A stretch of 64,000 nucleotides of DNA from positions 130,262,001-130,326,000 of the forward strand of contig NC_091980.1 in assembly GCF_044704955.1 (NCBI RefSeq). Direction: 5' to 3'. The stretch's first letter is position 1. Each line of letters starts with the position of its first letter. Shown here piece by piece: positions 1 through 19,769 of the stretch. A model generated the notes under the pieces. It had not been told where the DNA came from. It ran no database searches and saw only the letters and a program-made list of their open reading frames with translations. This DNA comes from Pristiophorus japonicus. Lineage: Eukaryota. A program made the translations under genes and the position numbers.

Positions 1-63
1 GCAGTGACATCACCAAGACTGATCTCCCCCAGACCCCTCCTACAAATCCCCTCTCCTTTGTTA

Positions 64-158
64 ATTGGTGCCTCAATTCCTGATTGGCTCTGAGGGATTG
101 TCAATCATCATTGGTGATGTCATACCCTGTTTGACTGCAGCTGTTCCAATAGTATAAA
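64..158 (+). promoter_or_regulatory. Ferritin A1 promoter: ATTGG at 64, 83, 110; CCAAT at 146; TATAAA 153-158
   Basis: Motifs read directly. TATA is 76 bp upstream of the ATG and the layout is conserved in A2 and A3. Confidence 0.7.
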
Positions 159-228
159 TATAGGAGCTTGTGCAAGACTGTGTGAGTTTCAGAATTGTGC
201 AGAGGATAGTGAAATATAGATAGTGAAG

Positions 229-2792
229 ATGGCTTCCCAAGTGTGTCAGAACTACCACAAGGACTGTGAGGCTGCTGTCAACAAGCATATCAACATGGAG
301 CTCTGTTCCTCCTATGTTTATCTCTCCATGGTGAGTTGTGTATTCCTTGTTGCTGCATTCTGAAAAGTTGTTAATTCTCCAGTTCAATGAATTGGCTTTA
401 TGTTGTATTTCTCTGGACTTCCTTCCCTGGGGGAGCAGAATCTTTGGGCAGTGAGAACTTCAGGTGTGTAATACAGGGGATCTTGTTGAGTTCATGGACT
501 GCTCCTGACAGCAGCTGCCCTCTATTGAGGTTTAATATTGGAAACCAGCTCAGCTGCTGCCTGAGTGTGTGACAGAAGAGCACAAACCTGGTCAGGGGCG
601 TGTTGACCTGAAACAATGTTCAGTTTCAGTGGGGGACTGCAGTGAGTGAAATGTGGGTAGGTTCTCATTAGTGCTCTCATTAATTGGAGGTGATGTACTG
701 AGAATCCTGCTGTTGGAGCCCTGCTCACTGCTGAGATCTCTTGCACTATTGTTGTGTAAACTACTGGAGTGGAGGATTTTTCTCACTCCATGTCCAAACT
801 TTGATTAGAATGGAAGAATAATCATTTCTATAATGCCTTTCACTACCTTGGAATATCCAAAGTGCTTTGTAGCCAATGAAGGAGTTAAGTGTAGTTACCT
901 GTTATGTGGGAAATGCAGCAGCCAATTAGTGCACAGGATGCTCCCACAAACTGAAATGAGATAATGATCAGATCATCTGTTTTCGTGGTGTTGGTTGAGG
1001 GATAAATATTAGCCAGGACACTGCAGAGAGCTCTCTGCAGTAGTATTTAGAACATGGAGAAGGCTTGAGGAACCAATGGCTGACTCCAGTCATTCACTCA
1101 GATCATTGCTAATCTTGTACCTCAACTCCACCTCCTGCACTGTCCCCATATCCTTTGCTATCCAAAAGTCTATTGCTCTTGAATATACTCTGACTGGAAT
1201 TCTCTACCCCAGGAGTTGTGGAGGCTCAGAGTCATCACATTGAGTTTAGAAATTCCTCCTCATCTCAGTCCTCAATGACCCCTGGTTCTTGACTCTCCAG
1301 CAAGGGGAACCATCCTCCCTGCATCTAATCCTTCAAGTCCTGTAAGAATTTTGTACATGCCTAATGACATCACCTCTCATCCTTCGAACCTTGAGAATAG
1401 AGGCTCAGTCTGCTCAATCTCTCCTCCTTGATCTTTCACATGCACCTGATGACTGACACACTCTTGTGTGAATGACACAGTAGAGGAGGTATTGCTTATC
1501 CAGGAGTAGAATTTAGTTTGACTGGACATTAAATATAATCCTGAACTTTAGTTTTATATGTTCAACCAGCAAAGGAAAAACTTTCATCATGCTATGGGGA
1601 GGTGAGGCTCAACTCCAATTGATGAAGTCAATGGCATTTTGCTAGTTTACAAATGGTGTCTATCTTTTTAAGAATTCATTCATTCTGTGGAAAAATAACT
1701 CTTGCATTGTATATGAAGATCAAGGTCTAAATAGGCTGTCTTAATTTCTCTCTGCAGTCGTTCTATTTTGACCGGGATGATGTTGCCCTGTGTCACTTTG
1801 CTGAGTTCTTCAAGGAGCAGTCACATGAGGAACGTGAGCATGCTGAGAAACTGATGCAATTCCAGAATCGCCGTGGAGGACGGATCATCTTGTCTGACAT
1901 CAAGGTTTGGTTCAATTATCTAGTGGCCTTCTGTCTGGATACCCTTTGACCTGATTGATTCAAATACCTCCTAAAGCAATTGATTCCATGGTTGTGGTAG
2001 TGGAATTCAGTAATTCTATATTCCTGTGACACATTTCTGATTGCTTTTTTTAATCCTATTTTCCTTTGTATTGTCTTTTGTATTTTGTTTGTACATTGTA
2101 AGTGAACTGCCTGTGATTTTCCTCTTCAGAAACCAGAGCAGGATGAGTGGAGCAATGGTCTGGATGCAATGCAGAGAGCTCTGCAGATGGAGAAGAATGT
2201 GAACCAGAGTCTGCTGGATCTGCACAAAATCTCCACTGGGAGCACTGACCCTCATGTAAGTTCCTCATGTGGGTTTCTGGGCAACTTGGAGGTGGTGGAA
2301 TATTGCTATCCTTGAGCTGTTTCAAAAGTGCTCCATGCCCAATAGCTTTGTTTTTAAGGGGAGGGTGGTCTCTCTTGGGTTCTTCAGGGGGTGGGGGAGA
2401 GGACCATGAAGTTGGCCTACTGTGGACATTGAGACATAAATGGGTCCCAATGTTTCCAGGATCTAAGCTCACATTGTACAGTAGCTACTGGATCATTAGA
2501 GCAAATGTACATCAATTTCAATTGCCCTACCTGATCCTTCTCCACTCAGAGAATTAAAATCCTAACTTTGGAGGGGGGATGCTCTGATCCTTGATATCTG
2601 CTACTGGCCATAACTCATTTCCCTCTTTTCTTTCAGTTGTGTGACTTCCTGGAGACCCACTACTTGGATGAACAAGTGAAGATGATCAAGAAGCTTGGAG
2701 ATCACATCACCAACCTGAAGAGACTGGGAGCCCCTGAGAATGGCATGGGAGTGTACCTTTTTGACAGGCACACTCTGGGGGAGAGTGACTAA
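229..2792 (+). CDS. fth1: Ferritin heavy/middle-type subunit (FTH1-like), copy A1; exons 229-330, 1758-1904, 2130-2255, 2637-2792; 176 aa
   Basis: Manual splice gives [176 protein letters not shown]. Three phase-0 GT-AG introns lie at the conserved vertebrate ferritin positions. E27, Y34, E61, E62, H65, E107 and Q141 (human H numbering) are present. Exact orthology (H vs M) is not resolved, so the symbol is indicative only. Confidence 0.95.
815..1035 (-). mobile_element. Deu-domain SINE fragment (SacSINE1/AmnSINE1-like) in A intron 1, followed by a CR1 3' relic to ~1430; repeated at ~24735-24950 and ~49415-49630
   Basis: The reverse strand reads ...AATATTTATCCCTCAACCAACACCAC..AAACAGATG...TGTGGGAG...GTGCACTAATTGGCTGCTGCATTT...TTCATTGGCTACAAAGCACTTTGG, which resembles the Deu domain as I recall it. 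Confidence 0.65.
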
Positions 2793-2909
2793 ACTGACTG
2801 GGATCAAGCTTATTGTGTTTAGTACTTGCATTTATATAATCAGGCCCATATACTGTAGGGAATGAAGGCTTGTGACTTTGTGCAAAAAGAGCTGAAACCC
2901 ACAACAGTA

Positions 2910-2915
2910 AATAAA
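2910..2915 (+). terminator. Polyadenylation signal of A1 (equivalents: A2 28144-28149, A3 51491-51496)
   Basis: AATAAA ~118 bp after the stop, followed by a GT-rich tract (GGGCTGTGTTTTGTC). Confidence 0.75.
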
Positions 2916-4559
2916 CTGTTCAACATAGGGCTGTGTTTTGTCACCTTGTAAATTTGAGTGGTTACTTAAATGAAAAATAACACAAGTTGGTTTCCATCAA
3001 ACAAGAATTACACTGACCTGTGCAACATTTATATGGGATTCAGTCCTATGAAATGTGTTTTCGCCTTGTGTAATGTCTATGTATTGACTGGGCCATTCAG
3101 GCACCTGTTATAAGATCTAAAATGTTCAATGGTGTGTTTGGACAACTGACAGTCCCATGGCATATTGGCCCAGTGCCCAAAAGTCTGGTCAGAGGTATGT
3201 ATTGATAAGGTACAGAGATGTTTAGGAAGGCATGTCTGGAGCTTGGGACTGATAAGCTGTATACAATTACCTGTTCCAATGATCTGTCTTTGTACAAATG
3301 ACAAATCAATCCAACAAGATGTAACATCTGCTAAACTCAGGGCCAATTTGCCAGTAATTCATTGTTGCACCATTTCAGTCCAATGAAGAAAAAGTCCTGG
3401 ATTAGCTTCCTATTTAATCTATCTGCCTCGTGAACGAACAGCAGTTTGTATTCAATCGCTGCAACAGATCCTCTTCAGTTATGCAGGTCGTTCAGTAATG
3501 GGACTCACCACTGCTGCTATTGGCTTGCTGTTAAGCTTTGTAGGCAGAAAAGCAATATCTCAGCACACTGAACTCTGGGCACTACAATTGGGTGAGGAGC
3601 GAAAGCAACAGCTGTCATCAGCTTGCTGTCATAGCTTCAGTGCTGCGTGTGGATACCCTAGTCGTTCTGGGAGAGCTTCTCTTCTGTCTACTCCCCTAAT
3701 GGTTGAATAACTTGCCAACACAACCTCCATTCACATGAATAAGGTATTGCAAGACTAACGATACTCCAAAAACATTTAATACTTGGGGAAGGTGTAAATG
3801 TATTTAATTCCACAAAGCAAACGGAACAAGATGTTAAACCCATTTCTGGCCACAATGCCGAAGCACTCAATTTATAAGCCCATCAATTTTTTTTTTTCTT
3901 AGTAATGAAATTCACAGTGGTACTATCACCCTGGATTCGATCTCCATTTCTCTCCTCCGTGGCTATGAATGGATACAAATGGTACTGCTGCTCCAATAAT
4001 CCAGTGTTTACAAGTTATTTTTAGTAATTTAACTGAGAACTGTGTTGAGTGCAATTAAATAGCCATGCACAGACATTCCAGGTTAATGTCTTGGCAACAC
4101 TCAAGCGCCTTTTGGCTATCGATGTTACAAAATGTCATATATTGATGAGCCACAGTTCCACGAGTCGGCCTGGGTTTGCGTGCTGATGGGTTTGATAGCT
4201 TCATGTATCAACAAATCTCCAGCTCACTCGATGTGAAACTTTACAGGTGCTCGTGTTTTAAGAATTACTTACAATTTACAGCACAGGAAAAAGACCATTT
4301 GGGCCAACTGGGCCATGCTGTGGTTTATGCTCCATGTGAAACTTGTCCCACCCCACTTCATCTAGACCTATTAGCATATCCTTCTATTCCTTTCTCCTTG
4401 TGTTTATCTAGCTTTCCCTTAAATGCATCTATGCTCTTTGCATTCAGAGTTATTACTGCGGGTAGCTCAGTAAACGCACCGCTGCTGCTGTGGACTTTCT
4501 GTTAAGCTGTGTGGGTAAAGAAGTGAGCAACAGCTATAAAGACCCGCAATGTTTGAGAT

Positions 4560-7147
4560 CAAGGAAAGCATTTATTGTCTGTCACTAATTGCCTTTGAGA
4601 AGGTGCTGGTCAGCCATCTTCTGGAACCGCTGCAGTCTTGTGGTGAAGGTACTCCAACAGTGCTTTTCGGGAGGAAGTTCCTGGATTTTGCCGCAGTGAC
4701 GAAAAAGGAATGGTGATATATTTCCAAGTCAGGTTGGTGAGTATCGTGGAGGTGAACTTGCAGGCATTAGTATTCCCAAACTTCTGCTGCCCTTGTCCTT
4801 CTAATTGCTAGAGCTCGTGGGATGGCTTGCGCTGCTGAAAAAGCCTTGGCGAGTTGCTGCAGTGCATCTTGTCGATGGTACACACTGCAGCCATGGTGCA
4901 CCGGTGGTGGAAGCAGTGAATGTGGAAGGTGGTGGATGGGGTGCCAATCAAGCGGCCTGCTTTGTCCTGGATGGTGTCGAGCTTCTTGATGATTGCTGAA
5001 GCTGCACTCAGCCAGTCAAGTGGAGAGTATTCCACCACACACCTGACTTGTGCCTTGTCGATGCTGGAAAGACGTTAGGTGTCAGGAGGTGAGACACTCA
5101 CTGCAAAATACCCAGCCTCTGGTCTGCTCTTATTACCAGAGTAGTTATGCGGCTGGGCGAGTTCAGTTCCTGATCAGCGATGACCCCCAGGGGTTAATGC
5201 TGGGGAATTCAGCGACAGTGAATGTTAAGGGCAGGTGGTTAGTCTCTCGCTTATTGCAGATAGTCATTGCCTGGCACTTGTGTGGTGCCATTGTTACTTG
5301 CCCATTATCAGCCCCACACTGAATGTCATCCAGGTCTTGCTGCATGTGGGCATGGACTGCTTCATTTTCTGATGTCTTGCAAATGGAACAGAACACTGTG
5401 TAATCATCAGCAAACATTCCCACTCCTGGCCTTTATGATGGAGGGAAGTTCATTGATGAAGCAGCTTAAGATAGCTGGGCCAAGGACACTGCCCTGAGGT
5501 ATTCCTGCAGAGATGTCCTGGGGCTTAGATGATTGACCTCCAACAACCACTTCCTTTGTTCTAGATATGAGTCCAGCTCATCGAGAGTTTTCTATATTCG
5601 CATTGACTTCAATTTTACAAGGGCTACTTGATGCCGCACTCCATCAGATGCTGCCTTGCTGTGAAAGGCAGTCACTCTCTCCTCACCTGGAATTCAGTTC
5701 CTTTGTACATGTTTGGACCAAGGCTGCAATGAGATCAGGAGCCGAGTGGTCCTGGCACAACCCAAATTGGGCATCGGTGAGCAGATTATTGTCGACAAAA
5801 TCTTCCCTCACTTTGCTGAAGTTTGAGTGTAGACTGATGGGGCGGTAATTGGCCTGAATGGATTTGTCCTGCTTTTTCTGGACAGGACGTACCAGGGCAG
5901 TTTTTCACATTGTTGGGTAGATGCCAGTGTCTCTGTACTGGAACAGCTTGGCTAGAGGTGTGGCCATGAATTTACAGATTGTGGTGCAATACAATTCTGC
6001 AGTTGCTGATGACCCACAGTGCCTCATGGATGACCAGTTTTGAGCTGCTAGATCTGTTTTGAATCTATTCCATTTAACACTGTGGTCAAGCCACTCACCA
6101 CGAAGGAGAGTGTCCTCAGTGTGAAGACAAGACTTTGTCTCCACAAGGACTGTGTGGTGGTCACTGCTACCAATGCTGTCATGGACAGATGAATCTGTGA
6201 CAGGTCGATTGCTGAGGACAAGATCAGTAGGTTTTTCCCTTGTATTGATTCTCTCACCATCTATCAGAAGCCCAATCTGGATGTTATGTCCTTCAGGACT
6301 CAGCCCGCTTGCTCATTGCTGCCGAGCCCCTCTTGGTAATGGACATTGAAGCCTATTGCTAATATCAGTGCTTCTTCCAAGTGGCCTTCAACACTGAGGA
6401 GTACTGATTCATCAGCTGAGGGAGGGCGGTAGGTGTAAATCAGCAGGAGGTTTCCATTCCCAAGCTTGACCTGAACCCATGAGACTTGATAGGGTCCAGC
6501 GTAAATGTTCAGGACTCCTACCGCTACTCCCTCCCGACTATATACCACTGGGCCGCCACCTCTGGTGGGTCTGCCCTTCTGGTGGGACAGGACATACGCA
6601 GGGATGGTGAAGGAGGAATCTGGGACATTCGCTGAAAGGTATAATTCTGTGATTATGACTATGTCAGGCTGTTGCTTGGCTAACCTGTGGGACAGCTCTC
6701 CCCATTTAGGCACAAGATACCTGATGTTAGTGAGGAGGACTTTGCAGTGTCGACTGGGCTGGGTGTACCATTGTCATGTCAGAAGCCGGTGCCGAGGTCA
6801 ATGCCGGGTTGTCCATCCTGTTTTATTCTAATTATTGTTTCTCGCAGCGGTTTTTACAACTGATCGGCTTGCTTGGCAATTTCAGAGGGCAGTTACGACT
6901 CAACCACATTGCTTTGGGTTTGGAGTCATATCGGCCAGATTTCCTTCCCGAAGGACATTATTGAAGCAGGTGGGTTTCTATGACAAACCGATGGCTCCCT
7001 GGGCAAATTTACTGATACTAGCTTTTCATTCCAGATTTTAATTTCATGAACTGAATTTCAATTCCCCAGCTGCCGTGGTGGGACTTTGGATCATTAGTCC
7101 AGGCCTCTGAATTACTCGTCCAGTAACATAACCACTATGTTACCGTA
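4560..7147 (-). mobile_element. Decayed CR1-group LINE (APE endonuclease + RT fragments) with a tRNA-like 5' head
   Basis: Minus-strand fragments PKWGELSHRLAKQQPDIVIITE (APE), MFADD (RT motif) and KLDTIQDKAGRLIG (C-terminus), with a 3' AATAAATGC. Many frameshifts. Boundaries approximate. Confidence 0.8.
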
Positions 7148-7834
7148 TTCTTTGCATCTCTCAATGGCACTTTTGGAGTTTCGATGTCACCACAACTCGT
7201 ACGTTGATGAGACACAATTCTAAAAGTCATGTTGGGTTTTGCGTGCTGATGGGTTTGACGGCTTCATGTTTCAGACAAAACAAATTCTTCAGCTCACTCG
7301 ATGTGAAAAAACTTCACAGCTGCCCTTGTTTTAAGAATTACATAGAATTTACAGCACAGAAAAAGGCCATTCAGCCTGGCAAATTGCAGTGGTGAGCGGT
7401 TCTTCTTGAACGTAAAACACATCAATGATGAGGTGAGGAACCGAATGAGAAAAGATCAATTTAATAGTCTTTCAATCATGAGCATGGAGAGCGAAGTACT
7501 GAGAGGACTTGACTTCACACACTGAGCCTCCTCCCAACTTCATTTAACCCTATCAGCATATCCTTCCAATCCTTCCTCCCGCAGGTGTTCATCTAGCTTC
7601 CCCTTAAACGCGTCTATGCTTTTTGTCTCAACTATTCCTATTGATAGCGAGTTAAACATTCTAAACACTCATTGAGTAAAGAAGTTTCTTTTGAAGTCTC
7701 TCTTAGATTTTTAATTATAACTTTCTATATAATTCTATGGAAATCAGAACTTTGCACCATATACCAAGTGTTGTCTAGCCAAGGTGCTAAATAAACTTAC
7801 CATGCTGCACAGGGATGTGGTTCAGTTCACCTCA

Positions 7835-9157
7835 AATGTGTTCTCCCTGTGGCCGAGGAGCTCCTCCCAGAGTCACAGTGCGTATTTCGTCCCCTCCGGG
7901 TAACAACGGACATGATCTTTGCAGCACGCCAATTGCAGGAAAAATGCAGGGAGCAGCGCCAACCCTTATACATGGCATTTTTCGATCTTATAAAGGCCTT
8001 TGAGACTGTCGACCGTGAAGGTTTATGGAGCGTCCTCCCTCCATTTTGGATACCCACAAAAGTTTGTCAACATCCTTGGCCTGCTCCACGTCGACATGCA
8101 TGCCGTGATCCTTATCAGCGGATTTGTTACAGACCCATTCCACATCCGAAGCGGGGTCAAACAGGGTTGCGTCATCGCTCCAAAGCTCTTCTCAATCTTC
8201 CTCGCTGCCAACTCCACCTCACTGTCAACAAGCTTCCTGCTGGAGTGGAAATAATATACAGAATCAGTGGGAAGCAGTTTAACCTATGCCCTCTCCAGAC
8301 CAGTGCAAGACCACCCAAACCTCTGTCGTTGAACTGCAGTATGCGGACGACGCCTGCGTCTGCGCACATTCTGAGGCTGAACTCCAGAATTTAGTCGATG
8401 TCGTCACTGAGGCATATGAAATCATGGGCCTTGCACTTAACATCCATAAGGGAAAGTGCCTCCATCAGCCTGTCTTCGCCGCACAGCACGGCCCCCCGGA
8501 CATCAAGATTCACGGCGTGGCTCTCGACAATGTGGACCACTTCCTATACCGTGGGTGCCTCCTGTCAACAAAGGCAGACATCGATGCGGAGATTCAATAT
8601 CGCCTCCAGTGCGCCAGTGCAGCCTTCAGCTGCCTGAGGAAAGGAGTGTTCGAAGACCAGGCCCTCAAACCTACCACCAAGCTCACGCTCTACAGAACTG
8701 TAGTAATACCCACCCTACTGTATGGATCAGAGGCATGGACGACTTACAGAAGGCACATCTCGTCGCTGGAGATATATCACCAAAGATGCCTCCGTAAGAT
8801 GCTGTAAATTCCCTGGGAGGACAGATGCACCGACATCAGTGTCCTCGCGCAGGCTAACATCCCCAGCATTGAAGCACTAACCACATGCGATCAACTTTTC
8901 TGGGCAGGCCACTTCGTCAACATGCCAGACATGAGACTCTCTCAGCAACTGCTCTATGTGGAACTCCTTTATGGCAAACGAGCCAAAGTTGAGCAGTGGA
9001 AACGTTACAAGGACACCCTCAAAACCTCTCTGATGAAGTGCAACAGCACCACTGATGCCTGGGAGACCCTGGCCGAAGTCCATCCTAGTTGGAAAAAGTG
9101 TATCCGGGAGGGTGTTGAGCTCTTCGAATCTCAACGCTGCGAGCGTGAAGAGGTCAG
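7835..9157 (+). mobile_element. 5'-truncated RTE-clade (BovB-like) LINE, RT domain; 3' end deleted in this copy
   Basis: LPESQCVFRPLRVTTDMIFAARQLQEKCREQ...DLIKAFETV, LQYADD, PTLLYGSEAWT and MPDMRL.QLLY.EL are typical RTE ORF motifs. Frameshifted. Confidence 0.88.
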
Positions 9158-9199
9158 CTGCTGGGTTCAGCTGCAGGTATTCCTCGCTCTGAGCTCAGA

Positions 9200-10020
9200 A
9201 CTGCGCCAATGGTTAACACTCATCTGTGCCTTTCTATCTCTAGAATTGACTCTTTCAATGCTCTCCTGCTGGCCTTACATGCTCCATAAACTTAAGCTTA
9301 TCCAAAACTCTGCTGCCCGTATCCTAACACACACCGAGTCCCACTCACCCATGACCCCTGTGCTTGTGGACCATCATTGGCTCCCGGTCTGACAGCGCCT
9401 CAAATTCAAGATTCTTATCCTTGTATTAAATCCCACCATAGCCCTTCCCTCACCTCTTTTCCCAGCACATTGATAATATCGGTGCTGTTTCCTGCTCTCA
9501 CAATAAACTGGAACATTTAATTCACTATGTTCCCAATTTCCACCCTTCACTCACCTTCACATGGTCCATTTCTGTCACTTCACTTCCCTTTCTCGACTTC
9601 TCTGTCTATCAGACAAATATCCAATGAGTTGTTTGGATGTTGCTTCAAACCCGCAGATACCTGCAAATGACCAAACTACTGAACAATCCAGAACTCTTAA
9701 AAAGACACTGAATCGCAAACAACAGAGGATTCAATGAACCTTTCAAGGTGGCCATTAACTGGTCCAGGCAGAGCACGGTCGATAGGGTGTTCTCTCTGTC
9801 TGCCTGCCTTTGTTCCGCGGCTATATCCGTGCCCGGGTATCCCTGGATTGGGAGCATGTGGTGTCTGCCGGTATGCTTGAGGCTTTCCGTCATCGGAGGG
9901 CACCAGAGGGAGGGGAGCGCAGCGTGGATACAAGGAAATAATGTAAATTTTTTAAGTTTTTATGCTAGTTTTGTCATAATGTGGATCTGACAGTTTATTC
10001 CCCCTTATAAAGGGAGCACT
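9200..10020 (+). mobile_element. Mosaic of short retroelement relics: L2-like (~9200-9450), Penelope-like RT (~9460-9610), L1/Tx1-like 3' end (~9745-10020); repeated at ~34580-35410 and ~57920-58750
   Basis: LKLIQNSAARILT...TPVL..HHWLPV resembles an L2 C-terminus. NFHPSLTFTWSISVTSLPFLDFSV resembles a Penelope-like RT. KVAINWSRQ...FRGYIRARVSL resembles a Tx1-like C-terminus. Family names are from recall, not from a search. Confidence 0.55.
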
Positions 10021-10153
10021 TATGGTTTAAGTGTTTCCGATAGCTGAATTAAAATGCCCAAAGAATAGAGAATCCAATTAAACCTGTGACTCTGGATATT
10101 TGAACTGTGTTTGAGGAAAGTTCGGACAATTGAGATCCTCATTGAGATGTCAG

Positions 10154-10315
10154 CCAATGATGCTCATTCTTCGAAGATCTGATTGGCTCTGGGAGTCCAT
10201 CTCCCTCCTCCCTTTACTTGATTGGTGCTCTGAGAAGATGCAACTTCTGATTGGGTATTGATGACTGTCACTCATCATCAAGAGTGCCACACCCTGGATT
10301 ATCCCTCAGTATAAA
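10154..10315 (+). promoter_or_regulatory. Ferritin B1 promoter: CCAAT at 10154; ATTGG at 10182, 10221, 10250; TATAAA 10310-10315
   Basis: Motifs read directly. TATA is 83 bp upstream of the ATG. Visibly homologous to the A promoter. Confidence 0.7.
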
Positions 10316-10392
10316 TATTGGAGTTTGATATTAGTGAAATGTTATCTTTGTACTTTTAAAAAGTTTTTACTTTGGAAAAATAAAATATTAAG

Positions 10393-19186
<8,794 letters not shown>

Positions 19187-19301
19187 AGCTTCTGATCAGA
19201 ACTCTTGTTTATACAATATGTGTGAGACTCTGTCCTACATAGAATGATGGCTTTGTACAGGCTGAGACCTGGGCTCTTGATGTGAAATGTTATCAACTGT
19301 A

Positions 19302-19307
19302 AATAAA
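19302..19307 (+). terminator. Polyadenylation signal of B1 (equivalent: B2 44030-44035)
   Basis: AATAAA in the same GTAAATAAACTGTTCAA context as the A genes, with a GT-rich tract downstream. Confidence 0.75.
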
Positions 19308-19769
19308 CTGTTCAATATTGGACTGGGTTTTGTCTCCTTGCAATTAGTGGTTGCTTATTTTCCATTTACCGTAACTTGTTTGCAGCACAAGTATTGCACT
19401 AGGCTATGCAACAATCATACATTGGCCTCCTGTGCTGTAACCACTCAGCTGGCTCTCCAAGAACACTTCAGCTAGTCCTACTCCCTTGCATTTTCCCTGT
19501 AGCCCTGCAATGTTTTTCCTTCATGTACTTGTTCAATCCTATGATTGAAACTGCTTTCACCACCCTCTCAGCCAGTGCAATCCAGATATTAACCACTCAC
19601 TGCATAAAAGTTTATCCTCATGTCAGCTGTGGTACTTCTGCCAATTGTCTGAAATTTGTGTCTGCAGGTTCTCATCCCTTCTGCCAGTGTGAACAGTCCT
19701 ATAATTTTGCTCTTTGCTGGGATAATTTCAATATATTGACATTTTATATTCACAAACATAAATAGGAGC

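Noticed and set aside
73-387. Minus-strand ORFs over ferritin exons (also 2016-2255, 2601-2831, 13337-13579, 18530-18744 and their copies)
   Set aside because: They are antisense shadows of conserved ferritin exons, with no independent coding signal.
620-640. CAGTGG-containing hairpin (CAGTTTCAGTGGGGGACTG) as an IRE
   Set aside because: It lies in intron 1, and it does not form the 5-bp upper stem plus C-bulge around a CAGUGN loop.
7040-7147. Functional tRNA gene
   Set aside because: The B-box/T-arm is eroded and no full cloverleaf can be formed. It is a retroposon head only.
7849-9392. Long RT-like ORFs as a host gene or novel RT system
   Set aside because: They are frameshifted, 5'-truncated RTE LINE pieces. 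They recur only because the whole unit is duplicated.
19406-19765. 119-aa ORF nearly identical in two units (also 10690-11046 and similar)
   Set aside because: The conservation is explained by recent segmental duplication. The 19406 ORF overlaps a reverse CR1 3' relic, and none of these ORFs has recognisable protein features.
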